Part shown: positions 39,233 to 51,757 of the stretch, in pieces
Numbering within the stretch: the first letter of the stretch is position 1
Layout: each line of letters starts with the position of its first letter
DNA from: an uncultured Chloroflexia bacterium
Lineage (GTDB): Bacteria > Chloroflexota > Limnocylindria > Limnocylindrales > CSP1-4
Direction of reading: 5' to 3'
Length of the DNA: 64,000 nt
Assembly: GCA_963781845.1 (NCBI GenBank)
Contig: CAWAHN010000014.1
Coordinates: 16,285-80,284 of the forward strand
The notes under the pieces: generated by a model
Told to the model about the DNA's origin: nothing
Seen by the model: the letters and a program-made list of their open reading frames with translations, nothing else
The model's database searches: none
Program-made: the position numbers and the translations under genes

Positions 39233-39990
39233 CGGTCGGGCCGCTGGGTCGGCGGCGCGAGGCGACCCTCGGCGTCGTCCGAGGCGGCCAGCTCGGCCGC
39301 CCGGAGGAGCGAGGCCACGGTGCCCGCGTCGGCCCACTGGCCGTCGTACACCGGGGCATGGAGACGGCCGTCGGCGACGTAGTGGTTCAGCACGTCGGTG
39401 ATCTCGAACTCTCCCCGTCCCGACGGCGCCAGGTGCTCGATCACGTCGAATGCGTCCGGGCGCAGGAAGTAGACCCCGATCGGGATGAGGTCGCTCTTCG
39501 GCTTGGTTGGCTTCTCCTCGAAGCCGACGACCCGACCCGCCGCGTCGAGCTCGGCGACGCCGAACCGCTCGGGATCCGGGACCCGGTAGAGGAGCGTGCC
39601 GGCGCCCCACGGCCCCGCCTCGAACTCGCGCGCGACCGGTTCGAGGGCGGGTCCGCGGAGGATGTTGTCGCCGAGGACGCAGCAGAAGGCCTCGTCACCG
39701 ACGAAGTCGCGGGCCAACCCGATGGCGTGGGCGATGCCCAGCGCGCCGCGCTGGTAGCGGTAGGTCAGATCCAGGCCGAAATGGGCGCCGTCGGCGAGCA
39801 GCTCGACGACGTCGCCGACGGACTTGCCGCCGACGATGACCATCACCTCGCGGATCCCCATCCCCGCCAGCGTCTCGATCGGGTAGTAGATCATCGGCCG
39901 GTCGTAGATCGGCAGGAGATGCTTGTTGGTGACGATCGTCAGCGGGTACAGCCGGGTGGCCGTGCCGCCGGCCAGGACGATGCCCTTCAT
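39229..39990 (-). CDS. rmlA: Glucose-1-phosphate thymidylyltransferase.
   Basis: MKGIVLAGGTATRLYPLT...LGDNI...EKP, 253 aa. The 31-aa N-terminal extension in the track ORF was rejected. Confidence 0.9.
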   Translation of the reverse strand: MKGIVLAGGTATRLYPLTIVTNKHLLPIYDRPMIYYPIETLAGMGIREVMVIVGGKSVGDVVELLADGAHFGLDLTYRYQRGALGIAHAIGLARDFVGDEAFCCVLGDNILRGPALEPVAREFEAGPWGAGTLLYRVPDPERFGVAELDAAGRVVGFEEKPTKPKSDLIPIGVYFLRPDAFDVIEHLAPSGRGEFEITDVLNHYVADGRLHAPVYDGQWADAGTVASLLRAAELAASDDAEGRLAPPTQRPDR

Positions 39991-40030
39991 CGGGCGGTAG
40001 CGTACCAGCGCACGACGGCCGCGCCCGGGC

Positions 40031-40972
40031 CTACGGTCCGGGTGTCGCGCTCGCGCACGGCCCGGATCCGTCGGACCCCGCACCGCCCGAGGCGCACGGG
40101 GCCGGCGACTGGTCGACCGGCGGCAGGCCGCCCTTGTAGTCGGTGATCACGAGCACGTACTCGAGCCGGTCGAGGTCCGCGGCCGGCTGGATGAACGCCG
40201 TCTGGGTGACCGCGTTCGCATCGTGCTCGACATCGACCAGCGAACCGATCAGCAGGCCCTTGGGGAACGGCGACCGGACCCCGTCGCCGAGGTCGATCCC
40301 CGCCGTGACCACGGTGTCCCCGATCTGGAGCCGTTCCGTCGTGTCGATGTTGTCCATGATCAGGACGCCGCCCAGCTGCCCGATGACCGAACCGGTCGCC
40401 TGGTTGGTCCCGAGCTGGCCGATCACCGTCGAGCCGGTGTCGTTGATCAGGAGGACCGAGGCGGAGTTCCCGGTCACCCCGGTGATCCGGCCGACCAGCG
40501 CCCCACCGGCGCCGACCACGACGTCCCCCTCGCGAACGCCCGAGTCCGACCCGACGTCGATCGTGACGACGCGACGGAACTGGGAGGTCTCGCGGCCGAT
40601 GACCGAGCCCGTCACCGTGGAGAACTTCAGCGAGCCCTTGACGTCGAGCAGCTGGGTCAGGATGGCGTTCTGGCGCTCGAGCTCCTTGGTCCTGGCGTTC
40701 TCGGCGGAGAGGCGGGCGTTGTCGCGGGCGAGCTGGTCGTTGGTCCGATGGAGCGTCTGGATCTCGGTGACGGTCTGGACCAGATCCGACGCGCCGCGGG
40801 CGACCGAGTCGAGTCCCGCCTGGATCGGCCGGAAGGCGAAGCGGACGCCGTTCTGGACCTCGAGCGCCGGTCCGCTCGACGAGACGATCATCAAGCCGAG
40901 GCTGAGGCCGACCAGGACCACGAACAGCGCCGCCCGGCGTCGAAGCAGCCGATCTCCCGACAGCGAAGTCAC
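40031..40972 (-). CDS. mreC: Rod shape-determining protein MreC.
   Basis: N-terminal TM, a coiled-coil (LARDNARLSAENARTKELERQNA), a beta-rich periplasmic domain, and a Pro-rich C-terminal tail. 313 aa. Confidence 0.85.
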   Translation of the reverse strand: MTSLSGDRLLRRRAALFVVLVGLSLGLMIVSSSGPALEVQNGVRFAFRPIQAGLDSVARGASDLVQTVTEIQTLHRTNDQLARDNARLSAENARTKELERQNAILTQLLDVKGSLKFSTVTGSVIGRETSQFRRVVTIDVGSDSGVREGDVVVGAGGALVGRITGVTGNSASVLLINDTGSTVIGQLGTNQATGSVIGQLGGVLIMDNIDTTERLQIGDTVVTAGIDLGDGVRSPFPKGLLIGSLVDVEHDANAVTQTAFIQPAADLDRLEYVLVITDYKGGLPPVDQSPAPCASGGAGSDGSGPCASATPGP

Positions 40973-40984
40973 GTCGACAACCGA

Positions 40985-42043
<1,059 letters not shown>

Positions 42044-42176
42044 CTGCGGGGTTGGTCCTTCGTGGTGACACGGCACGACCTCCGCCGGTCGCTGGGGCGG
42101 GTCGCGGGCGTGATCCGAGGGGAAGCCCGTGCAGTATACCCGGCGCCGCCGCGGGCCCCGGCAGGGCGGTCCACGC

Positions 42177-42740
42177 CTAGTCGATGCCAGGGACCTTGAT
42201 GTCGCTCGGGATGATCGGGCCGAGGATGGTGAGCATGATCGGGACCGTCGTCGCGCGCAGGACGTCGGCCAGCCACGAGTTCGCCAGCCCGTCGTGGAAG
42301 TACTTCAGCAGGAAGATCCCGGCCGCTGTCCGGCCGAGCTGGTTCGGTTGCCCGTAGAAGGTGTCGAGGATCGCGATCCCGGCCGACACCAGCAGCGCGC
42401 CGACGACCCCGCCGAGGATCGCTCCGAGCACCTGGTCGGCCATCTCCGAGACGCCGGCGAGCTGGACCGTCCCATACAGACGGCCGATGACGATATTGCC
42501 GGCGATGAACACGACGACGAAGGCGACCGCGTACCCGAGCATCTCGGCGTAGGCCGGCGGGAGCGTCGTCCAGACCCGATCGATGAGCGCGCCGATCGGT
42601 ACCCGCAGATAGGCGCCGGCGACGAACGCCACGATCAGCATCAACAGCCCGATCAGCTGGAAGACGAGCCCGCGTCTCCAGCCGGTGAACGCCCCGCCGA
42701 CGATGAACGTCCCGATGACGATGTCCATGGTCGTGACCAC
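42177..42740 (-). CDS. CvpA-family (colicin V production protein-like) membrane protein.
   Basis: 187 aa with 4 TM helices. MDIVIGTFIVGGAFTGWRRGLV... is a typical CvpA N-terminus. Confidence 0.75.
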   Translation of the reverse strand: MVTTMDIVIGTFIVGGAFTGWRRGLVFQLIGLLMLIVAFVAGAYLRVPIGALIDRVWTTLPPAYAEMLGYAVAFVVVFIAGNIVIGRLYGTVQLAGVSEMADQVLGAILGGVVGALLVSAGIAILDTFYGQPNQLGRTAAGIFLLKYFHDGLANSWLADVLRATTVPIMLTILGPIIPSDIKVPGID

Positions 42741-42811
42741 GCGATCCCCTCACTGCCCAGGCCGAGCCGACCGCGCCACGATAGCGCCCTGGATCGGGGC
42801 TCCGCTGGCCG

Positions 42812-43513
42812 TCAGCCGCGCGACCCGGGACGATCGAACGCGACGCCGCGGTCCCGCAGCGAGACATAGGCGTCGTGGCCGATGACCAGGTGATCGAGCA
42901 CGTCGATGTCGAGCAGCCGCCCCGCAGCGAGCGTCTCCGCGGTCAGGTGGACGTCGTCCGGGCTGGGGGTCGGGTCGCCGCTCGGGTGGTTGTGGACGAG
43001 GATGACCCCGCTGGCGCTGAGCCGGACGGCGTCGCGGAACAGCTCGCCCACCCGGACCAGGCTCGAGGACACGTTGCCCTGATAGACCGTCGCGACCCGG
43101 AGGACGACGTTCTTCGTGTTGAGCAGGACGACCCGGAGCTCCTCCCGCTCGAGCCTGCCCATCTGGAGGATCAGCCGGTCGGCCACGTCGACCGGCGACC
43201 GGATGGTCCAGCGCCCGGCCGGCCAGTCAGCGAGCAGCCGTCGCCCGAGCTCGAAGGCGGCTGCCAGCTGGGCCGCCTTGGCGGCCCCGACGCCGGGGAT
43301 CGCCTCGAGCTCGAGGTCGCTGGCACGGGCGAGCCCGGTCAGACCGTCGTGCCGGGCGAGGGCCTCCTCGGCCAGGTCCACGGCACTGACGCCTCGTGAG
43401 CCGGAGCCCCAGATCAGACCGATGAGCTCGGCTGCCGTGAGCCCGCCGGGTCCCCGCTGGGCCAGCCGTTCACGGGGGCGCTCGGCTTCCGGGATCTCAC
43501 GGATCGCCCGCAT
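42812..43513 (-). CDS. radC: RadC-family JAB/MPN-domain protein (UPF0758).
   Basis: The HNHPSGDPTPSPDD JAMM motif and an N-terminal helix-hairpin-helix (IPGVGAAKAAQL). The radC-mreB-mreC synteny is conserved. Confidence 0.8.
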   Translation of the reverse strand: MRAIREIPEAERPRERLAQRGPGGLTAAELIGLIWGSGSRGVSAVDLAEEALARHDGLTGLARASDLELEAIPGVGAAKAAQLAAAFELGRRLLADWPAGRWTIRSPVDVADRLILQMGRLEREELRVVLLNTKNVVLRVATVYQGNVSSSLVRVGELFRDAVRLSASGVILVHNHPSGDPTPSPDDVHLTAETLAAGRLLDIDVLDHLVIGHDAYVSLRDRGVAFDRPGSRG

Positions 43514-43686
43514 CCTGGCCTCCATCGCCGCTCGCCACCATGGTGTCCCCGGACCCGGCCGACGGGAGCCCGCCGATCTCCCCCGCCGCCCAGGCCCGAG
43601 GACGTCGCGCAGCCTACGGGCGGGGCCTCACCGGTCCCTCATCGGGCGATGCACCGGCGCTTTGTGGACGACTCGGCCGTTCGATG

Positions 43687-44769
43687 TCAGGTCGGGCCGG
43701 CGCTCACGGCCAGAGCGGCCAGGATCACGAGCAGGCCGTTGAACGTGGCGTGGAGTCCGATCGAGGCGGCCAGCGACCGGCGGGAGACGAAGATCCAGCC
43801 CAGCGCGAAGGCGATCGGGATCCGCGACCCGAACGCCACCAGCGCCGCGCGCCCGGCATGGTCGAAGTCACTGCCGCTGAGGGTCAGGACGTGGACGAAG
43901 GCGAAGAACAGACCACCCTCGACGATCGCCCGGCGAGCCCCGAACGAACGCATCCAGGCGGTCGTGGCGAAGCCGCGGTAGAACAGCTCCTCGCTGATCG
44001 GAGCCACGACCGCGGCGGCGAGCAGGCCCAGGATCAGCGCCGGCGCATCGGTCGGAGGGGCGATCGGGCCTTCAGGCGTGACCCCCGTGATCGACACGAG
44101 GATCGCGGCGACGATCGAGGTCGCCAGGATGACGGGGATGGCGGCCGCGGCGCCGATCAGCAGGTCCCCGGCGACCCGGACCGACGGTGTCGCGACGATC
44201 CCGGTCGCGATCTCGCTCCAGCCCAGGACGCCGGTCCCGACGACCGTCATCCCGAGCAGTCCGATCCAGATCGCGCCGATCAGGGTGACCCCGATGAGCG
44301 TCCCGACCGGGGTGCGGAGGTCGAGCCCGGCCAACTGGAAGGGCAGCTCGACCAGGAGCGTCAGCGGGACGCTGGCACCGAAGACGAGGAACGGGGATGG
44401 GCCGCGGTACGCCAGGTCGGTCCGGTCGCGGCGCTCGATGGCCTGGGCGCCGGCCGCGGCCGTCAGTCCGAGGCCGAGCAGCAGCGCTCCGACGACGGCG
44501 AGGACCAGCCCGCCGAGCCCGCCCGAACCGGACACGATCGCCACGCCGAGGAGCGGGCCGCCCATCGCTGTGGCGAGCCAGCCGGCGAGGTACAGGCCGG
44601 GCGCACGGCGTCCGTCGAGCGAGAACGTCTGGAGACCCGGTCGCGACGCGGAGGGCGGCGCCGGTGCGGCCGACCCTTCGGACGGGACAGGGTCCGGCGA
44701 TACGGAGAGGTCGCCGGTCGGGTCGGCGGCCGGGTCGTCACCGGCCGGTCCGCCGACCGGGCCGGTCAA
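43687..44769 (-). CDS. CPBP-family (CAAX/Abi) intramembrane metalloprotease with a Pro-rich N-terminal extension.
   Basis: EELFYRG, FAFVH and HATFN motifs. The proposed TTG start overlaps the stop of the upstream zinc-ribbon gene (TTGA). An ATG at MGGPLLGV (about 44565) is the alternative. Confidence 0.65.
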   Translation of the reverse strand: MTGPVGGPAGDDPAADPTGDLSVSPDPVPSEGSAAPAPPSASRPGLQTFSLDGRRAPGLYLAGWLATAMGGPLLGVAIVSGSGGLGGLVLAVVGALLLGLGLTAAAGAQAIERRDRTDLAYRGPSPFLVFGASVPLTLLVELPFQLAGLDLRTPVGTLIGVTLIGAIWIGLLGMTVVGTGVLGWSEIATGIVATPSVRVAGDLLIGAAAAIPVILATSIVAAILVSITGVTPEGPIAPPTDAPALILGLLAAAVVAPISEELFYRGFATTAWMRSFGARRAIVEGGLFFAFVHVLTLSGSDFDHAGRAALVAFGSRIPIAFALGWIFVSRRSLAASIGLHATFNGLLVILAALAVSAGPT

Positions 44770-45488
44770 CGCTCCGGGACGGGGCCGGGCGACTTGCGGG
44801 ACGTGCCCCTGATCGGCTTCCGAGTCGACGTGGCCCTGGCTTGTGTCGGCTGACCGGATGCTGCCGGGGTCGGACCGGGAACGACGGCAGGGGCGGCGGC
44901 GGGTGCGGCGACTGGGAGCGGTGCGGCTTGCGGACCCCACAGCGCAGGCGATTCCGACCGCTGGACGACGACGGCCGGCCGAGGCGCGTTGAAGGCCGCG
45001 GCGACCTCGCGACGCTCGAAGTCCTTGCCGCACCATGCGCACAGGGACCACTCCAGCCCGACGAGCCGGCTGCAGTTCGGGCAGACCCGGTTGAGCCTCG
45101 TCCGGCAGGACGGGCAGAGCAGCCACTCATCGTTGATCCGGCGATGGCAGCCCGGGCAGTGCGGGACCGACTCGACCTCGTTGAGGAGCGCCTCCTCGGC
45201 GAGGGCGCGCTCGTTGACGTCGCCGATCCGCTCGTGCGGCCGGACGATCCGGTAGATGATCACCGCCAGCACGAAGAAGACGGGGGTGAACAGGATGACG
45301 AGGCTGGCCGCGAGATAGGGCGCGACGGGGTTATCGGTGCGGCCCTGGAGGTCGCGGAACGCCCAGTACGCCGAGGCGAGCCAGAGCCCGACGACGTAGA
45401 CCGCGGACGCCTTCAGCCCGAACTGGACGATCGGATTGCCGAAGAAGCCTCCGATCGCCGTTCCGATCGGCGCGAGGATCTGTTCCAT
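44766..45488 (-). CDS. Membrane protein with a C-terminal double zinc ribbon (DZR).
   Basis: 240 aa. Three TM helices, then HCPGCHRRINDEWLLCPSCRTRL and CPNCSRLVGLEWSLCAWCGKDF. Confidence 0.65.
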   Translation of the reverse strand: MEQILAPIGTAIGGFFGNPIVQFGLKASAVYVVGLWLASAYWAFRDLQGRTDNPVAPYLAASLVILFTPVFFVLAVIIYRIVRPHERIGDVNERALAEEALLNEVESVPHCPGCHRRINDEWLLCPSCRTRLNRVCPNCSRLVGLEWSLCAWCGKDFERREVAAAFNAPRPAVVVQRSESPALWGPQAAPLPVAAPAAAPAVVPGPTPAASGQPTQARATSTRKPIRGTSRKSPGPVPER

Positions 45489-45587
45489 CGGCTGGTGCTA
45501 GCCTCCCGCGGGGCGATGTCCGATAGCGTCGTCCCGGCGGGCACGGCCGGTGCGTCGGGCGCAGTGTAGCAGGGGCGAACGCGACCG

Positions 45588-46916
<1,329 letters not shown>

Positions 46917-46964
46917 CCAGTTCCTCCCGCGGACATGCGCACCGATCCAGCGGCGCGGCGCGGT

Positions 46965-47885
46965 CTACAGGGTGCCACCCGACCCGGGGACCAGACCACC
47001 CACCCGATGGTCCCCCATGACGGCCAGACTCCAGGCGGCACTGCGCCAGGCCGCGACGAGGCCGGTGAGCGCGAGCGCGCCACCCCAGACCGCGACGAAC
47101 AGGGCCACCGCCAGCGCGGTCACGAGCGGCGACGCATCGCCCAGCAGGGCCGATCGTGCCGCGGACCAGGCGACGACCGCTGCGACCGATGCAGGAGCGA
47201 TGACCAGGGCGCCGGCGAGGACCGTCGCGCCGAGCACCTCGAGGGCCCGGATGGGATGCCGCGCGGTCCAGCCCAGGGCGCCCGTCACCGCTCCGACGGT
47301 GCTCCGGTCCCGGTCCATCGCGCGGCGGATGCCGACCGAACCGAGGAGCTCGCTGATGAGCCAGCCGAGCACGAGCAGCGCGACGACCTCCGGGGCCGAC
47401 TGGAGGACCCGGATCACGAACGGCGCGTTCGAGTCGGACGGCAGGATGAGCTCCTCATAGCCCACCTGGCCAAGGCGGGTCGCCCCGAGCGCGACGGCCA
47501 GCCCGAACGGGACCAGGCTGATCAGCCGGATCGCGCTCAGCGCGGCAAGACCGGGGTCGCGACGTCCATCGGACCGAGGGGCGACCACCGCCCGGACGAG
47601 CGCGCGTTCGGCCGCCACCGAGATGACCGTCCCGACGAGGATCCAGACAACCAGGACGACGACCGTGGTGGCGACCAGGCTGACGAACCGGGGCGAAGGG
47701 CCGGCCGCCGTGACCGCGTTCGGGCCGATGAACGTGCTCACCCCGACCACGCTCGGGAGGACGACGATCGGAAGGGCGAGGATCACGATCCCGCCGCTGG
47801 CGAGGAACCCCGCCAGAGCGATCGCCCACAACCGCGGGTCGCCGGCGACGCGGCTACCGGCACGACCGAGCAGACCCCCGGTCAC
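46965..47885 (-). CDS. Hypothetical polytopic membrane protein.
   Basis: GTG start VTGGLLGRAGSRVAGDPRLWAIALAGFLASGGIVILAL, 11 nt after the UPF0182 stop. At least 7 predicted TM helices. 306 aa. The N-terminal 56 aa of the track ORF overlaps UPF0182 and was rejected. Confidence 0.55.
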   Translation of the reverse strand: MTGGLLGRAGSRVAGDPRLWAIALAGFLASGGIVILALPIVVLPSVVGVSTFIGPNAVTAAGPSPRFVSLVATTVVVLVVWILVGTVISVAAERALVRAVVAPRSDGRRDPGLAALSAIRLISLVPFGLAVALGATRLGQVGYEELILPSDSNAPFVIRVLQSAPEVVALLVLGWLISELLGSVGIRRAMDRDRSTVGAVTGALGWTARHPIRALEVLGATVLAGALVIAPASVAAVVAWSAARSALLGDASPLVTALAVALFVAVWGGALALTGLVAAWRSAAWSLAVMGDHRVGGLVPGSGGTL

Positions 47886-47895
47886 AAGCCCCGGG

Positions 47896-50800
47896 TCACG
47901 GCGCGGGGCTGATCTTGACCAGTGCGTCGAGCTGACGGAGGGCGTCCTGGACCTTGGCCATCTCGGCGCCGTAGGTGGCGAAGTCCCCGGCTCGCAGGGC
48001 CGCCTGGGCCAGCTCGAAATGATCGTTGGCGTAGGCGACCAGCGCGGCGACATCGCCCGACGGCGGTGAGGCGCCCGGTCCCGGCGTCGCCGTCGGGGCC
48101 GGACTCGTGCCGGGGGCCGGGGTAGCGGTCGGGTTCGGGCTGGACGACGGACCGGGGCTGGGGTTCGTCGCCGGCTGGTTCGCGAGGAGCAATCCGAGCG
48201 CCTCGGTCAGGGTCTTCCCCCAGACGATCTGGCGCGGCGTGGCAAGGATGATCCGCTGGAACTCGGGGAAGGCGCTGTTGGCGGACTGGAGGTAGACCGG
48301 CTGGAGGTAGATCAACGCATCCTGGATCGGGACGACGATCAGGTTGCCGCGGATGACCTTGCTGCCGGCCTGATCCCACAGCGTCGTCTGGGCGGCGATC
48401 AACGGATCGGCGTCGATCTTGGCCTCGATCTGGGTCGGACCGAGGACCGACGTCGACTGCGGGAAGCGATAGACCCGGACGGTCCCATAGTTCTGCTCGT
48501 CCATCCGCGCCGCGATCCACGAGATCATGTTCGGGCGTGTGCTCGGGACCATCGGCTGGAGCAGCAGGAACTCGGGATCGGGCTCGCCGGGCATCCGCAT
48601 GACGACGTAGTACGCCTCGTTCGGCAGGCTCTGCGTCCCGCCCGGATCCGGCGGCACGGTCCACAGGTCCTCGTTGTTGTAGAAGGCCGCCGGATCGGTG
48701 ATGTGATAGCGCGCGTACGTCCTCGTCTGAGAGTTGAACATCTCCTCGGGGACGCGCAGGTGAGCCTTCAGGTCGGCCGGCATCTTGTCGAGCGAGGTGA
48801 ACAGGGATGGGAAGATCTTCTCGTAGGTCCGGACGATCGGGTCGTTCGGGTCCGAGACGTAGAAGGTCATCTGGCCGGTGTACGCGTCCATCACGATCTT
48901 GACGCTGTTGCGCACGTAGTTGAACGTGTTCTCAGCGAGGTTGCTCCCGGCCGGCAGCACGCTGGTGTCGAGCCACTGGGCGTTCGGGAACTTGTCGCTG
49001 ACCGTGTAGGCGTCCTGGATGTAGACCAGCCGCCCGTCCGCGGTGACGACCATGTACGGGTCCTTGTCGTACGTCAGGAACGGCGCGATCCGCGGCAGGC
49101 GATCGGCGATCGAGCGATGGAACAGCAGCTGGCTGTCGGCGGTGACCTGGTCGCTGATCAGCAGGTTGAGGTCCCGGAAGCGCAGGGCGAACAGGAGCCG
49201 GGACAGCGTCGTGTCGAGCTTGACGCCGCTGGTGCCAGTCCAGCGCGTCGTCTGGCCAGGCTCGACCTGACCGTTCGCGGCACTGACTCCGACCGGGTAG
49301 TCGAACTCGCTCTGGCGAGCGCCGGTGATGATCCAGTCGCTCGGTCGCTCGCCGAAGTAGATCCGCGGCTGGGTGACTGTCGGCGCACCGGCCAGCGACG
49401 TCGACGGCAGGTCGCGGATGATCAGCGACGGCTGGCCGCCCTCGGTCGCCTCGTTGACCGGGACCATGGCCACCCCGATGCCGTGGGTGTAGGTGATCCG
49501 CTGGTTGACCCAGGTCCCGCCCTGGGGGTTCCGTTCGGGTGCGAGCTCACGACCGGACAGCATCACCTGGCGCTTGCTGCCGTTGATCTCGTAGCGGTCC
49601 GTGTCGACGTCGGTGAAGATGTAGTACTGGCGGACGGTCTGGAGCTGGTCGAGCGAATCCCGCAGCGGACGGTAGTCCCACAGCCGGGCGTTCTGGAAGG
49701 TCGACGCCTCCTTGACGACGTCCGCCTGGGTCAGCGGGGCCTCCCCGCCGTAGTCGCGGCGCTCCCATCTCGCGATGTCGAACGACGTCCGGGTCATATT
49801 GATGTTGTTCGAGATGTACGGCGTCTCCTTGTTGAGCTGGTCGGGCTCCACCTCGAGGCGCTGGATGAGGCTGGGGTAGACCGAACCGAGGACGATCGAC
49901 GCGCTGAACCACAGCAGGACGACGGCCGCCAGCGGCCACATCGCGTGGGTGAACGCCCCGATGACCAGGAACGCGGCGGCGAACGCCGAGACCGCGGTCA
50001 GCACGTCGTAGGCCAGGAACCGGGCGTTCTGGTCGGTGAAGCTCACGCCGACGAAGGTGCCGCCCTGGGTGCTGTAGACGAGCTCCAGCTTGTCGAGCTG
50101 ATAGCCCCAGGCGACCGACAGGAGGTAGAGCCCGCCGAGCACCGCCAGGTGCACCCGCATCGAGGTCGTGAACACGAGGCCGCCACGGATGCCCGCCAGC
50201 AGATAGCGCGCGAAGGTCAGGACGAGGGCCGCGATCAACAGGCTGTTGAGCGCGGTTTGGACCGCGTGCAGGAACGGCAGCTCGAACAGGTAGAAGCTCA
50301 CGTCGCGGCCGAAGATCGGGTCCGTGACGGGCGGCACCCCGGCCGGCGAGAACGGCACCTGGTTGCGCCAGAGCTGGACGGTCTCCCACTGACCGGCGGC
50401 CGACGCGGCGGTGGCCAGGGCGATGATCACCGCGACGCCGATGAGCACCCAGCGGATGATCGGCACGAGGTCCGGCATCTCGTCCGCGTCGAACGTGATC
50501 GTCCGGACCGGTCCCTGTCCGAAGCCGGCTCCGGCGAACGTGGCGCGCGTGCCGCCTCGGCCGCCTCGGCCGTCCTCGACCCCGAACGCCTCGCCGAGAC
50601 GGGCAGCGAACTCGCCGATCGCGCCCATCCGCTCCGGGTCGGGCGGCGGCGCCAGGCGCCCGGCCAGCCAGATGTTGAACCCGAAGAAGGCCCCGACGAC
50701 GATGAGGACCCCGATGAACAGGACGACCTGCGTCCCGAGCCGGGTGTAGAAGACCGAATCGAAGCCGACGCTGCGGTACCAGATCGCATCGGTGACCAGG

Positions 50801-51189
50801 TCGAGGACCACGCCGGCGAGGGTGACGACCGCGAAGATCGCCAGGAACACCACCGCGATCACGATGCCGCGGGCACGGTCGCGTCGTCGAGGGGCTCCGT
50901 CGTCGGGGCCACCGACCCGCACGGGCCGCGGTCGGCGCGGACCGCCCGGTCCGCCCGCGCCCGGGACGACGTGGGGTCGGTCGGACTCGTGGTCCGGTCC
51001 GTCTCGATCGTCGGCGTCCCGGTCGTCCCGATCGTCGTCGTCCGCCTCGGGATCGCGAGAGGCTCGATCGTCGTCGGTCGGATCGGGACGGTCGGCGGCA
51101 GCCGGTCGGGTGGCTGGATCCTGGCCGGCGGAGAGCGCCTCCTGCCGACGGCGGATCTCCTCCATGAACTCGTCCCAGAGGTTCTTCAC
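47896..51189 (-). CDS. UPF0182-family large membrane protein.
   Basis: 1097 aa. An N-terminal acidic low-complexity region, 7 TM helices, and a conserved large extracytoplasmic domain (NKETPYISNNINMTRTSFDIARW...). The family is conserved in Actinobacteria and Chloroflexi. Confidence 0.85.
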   Translation of the reverse strand: MKNLWDEFMEEIRRRQEALSAGQDPATRPAAADRPDPTDDDRASRDPEADDDDRDDRDADDRDGPDHESDRPHVVPGAGGPGGPRRPRPVRVGGPDDGAPRRRDRARGIVIAVVFLAIFAVVTLAGVVLDLVTDAIWYRSVGFDSVFYTRLGTQVVLFIGVLIVVGAFFGFNIWLAGRLAPPPDPERMGAIGEFAARLGEAFGVEDGRGGRGGTRATFAGAGFGQGPVRTITFDADEMPDLVPIIRWVLIGVAVIIALATAASAAGQWETVQLWRNQVPFSPAGVPPVTDPIFGRDVSFYLFELPFLHAVQTALNSLLIAALVLTFARYLLAGIRGGLVFTTSMRVHLAVLGGLYLLSVAWGYQLDKLELVYSTQGGTFVGVSFTDQNARFLAYDVLTAVSAFAAAFLVIGAFTHAMWPLAAVVLLWFSASIVLGSVYPSLIQRLEVEPDQLNKETPYISNNINMTRTSFDIARWERRDYGGEAPLTQADVVKEASTFQNARLWDYRPLRDSLDQLQTVRQYYIFTDVDTDRYEINGSKRQVMLSGRELAPERNPQGGTWVNQRITYTHGIGVAMVPVNEATEGGQPSLIIRDLPSTSLAGAPTVTQPRIYFGERPSDWIITGARQSEFDYPVGVSAANGQVEPGQTTRWTGTSGVKLDTTLSRLLFALRFRDLNLLISDQVTADSQLLFHRSIADRLPRIAPFLTYDKDPYMVVTADGRLVYIQDAYTVSDKFPNAQWLDTSVLPAGSNLAENTFNYVRNSVKIVMDAYTGQMTFYVSDPNDPIVRTYEKIFPSLFTSLDKMPADLKAHLRVPEEMFNSQTRTYARYHITDPAAFYNNEDLWTVPPDPGGTQSLPNEAYYVVMRMPGEPDPEFLLLQPMVPSTRPNMISWIAARMDEQNYGTVRVYRFPQSTSVLGPTQIEAKIDADPLIAAQTTLWDQAGSKVIRGNLIVVPIQDALIYLQPVYLQSANSAFPEFQRIILATPRQIVWGKTLTEALGLLLANQPATNPSPGPSSSPNPTATPAPGTSPAPTATPGPGASPPSGDVAALVAYANDHFELAQAALRAGDFATYGAEMAKVQDALRQLDALVKISPAP

Positions 51190-51238
51190 GTCGCCCGGAG
51201 TCTACCCTGCGGCGCGGCGAAGGGCCCTCGAGCGTCGC

Positions 51239-51697
51239 TCAGGGTCTGGCGAGGCCCTCGATCGCCCGTCGGAAGCCGGCCAGGACGGTCTCGGCGAGCT
51301 CGTTGGGGCGCATCGCCGCGGCTCGCATCGGCTCCCACTGGAACGCCGCTCGGACCGCGACGGGCGAGCGCCAGGGCTGGATCGGGTCGTCCGGCTGGGC
51401 CACCTGGGCGAGCCGGATCGACAGGCGTCCGTCGGCCTCGAGGATGAGCCCCGACAGGGCTCCGGTCAGCGCGGGTCCGAGGCGCGCGAGCGGCGGGTCG
51501 GGCGGCGGACCGGCGACCGGGGCGACGTCGCGGAAGCTGACGACGCCGTCGTCGTCGGCGACCCACAGGATCGACAGCCACCACCCGTCGTCGAGGGTCG
51601 ACGGTCGGCTCATCCCCGCCCGGAGGTGGCGGTCGCCGATGGTGACGTCGTGCTCGCGGATGAACGACGGACCGGGCGGGCTGAGGCGGGTCGGCAT
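51239..51697 (-). CDS. Hypothetical protein.
   Basis: 152 aa with strongly GC3-biased codons across the whole ORF. The overlapping 355-aa track ORF (51186..52253) is Arg/Gly junk. Confidence 0.5.
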   Translation of the reverse strand: MPTRLSPPGPSFIREHDVTIGDRHLRAGMSRPSTLDDGWWLSILWVADDDGVVSFRDVAPVAGPPPDPPLARLGPALTGALSGLILEADGRLSIRLAQVAQPDDPIQPWRSPVAVRAAFQWEPMRAAAMRPNELAETVLAGFRRAIEGLARP

Positions 51698-51757
51698 GCG
51701 GCGAGGATAGTCGGGCCGTGCGGACCGCGACGGTGGACTCGCGAGTCGGGAGCCGGG

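Noticed and set aside
48703-51447. 914-aa plus-strand ORF.
   Set aside because: It is antisense to the UPF0182 gene, which has extensive family-specific conservation.
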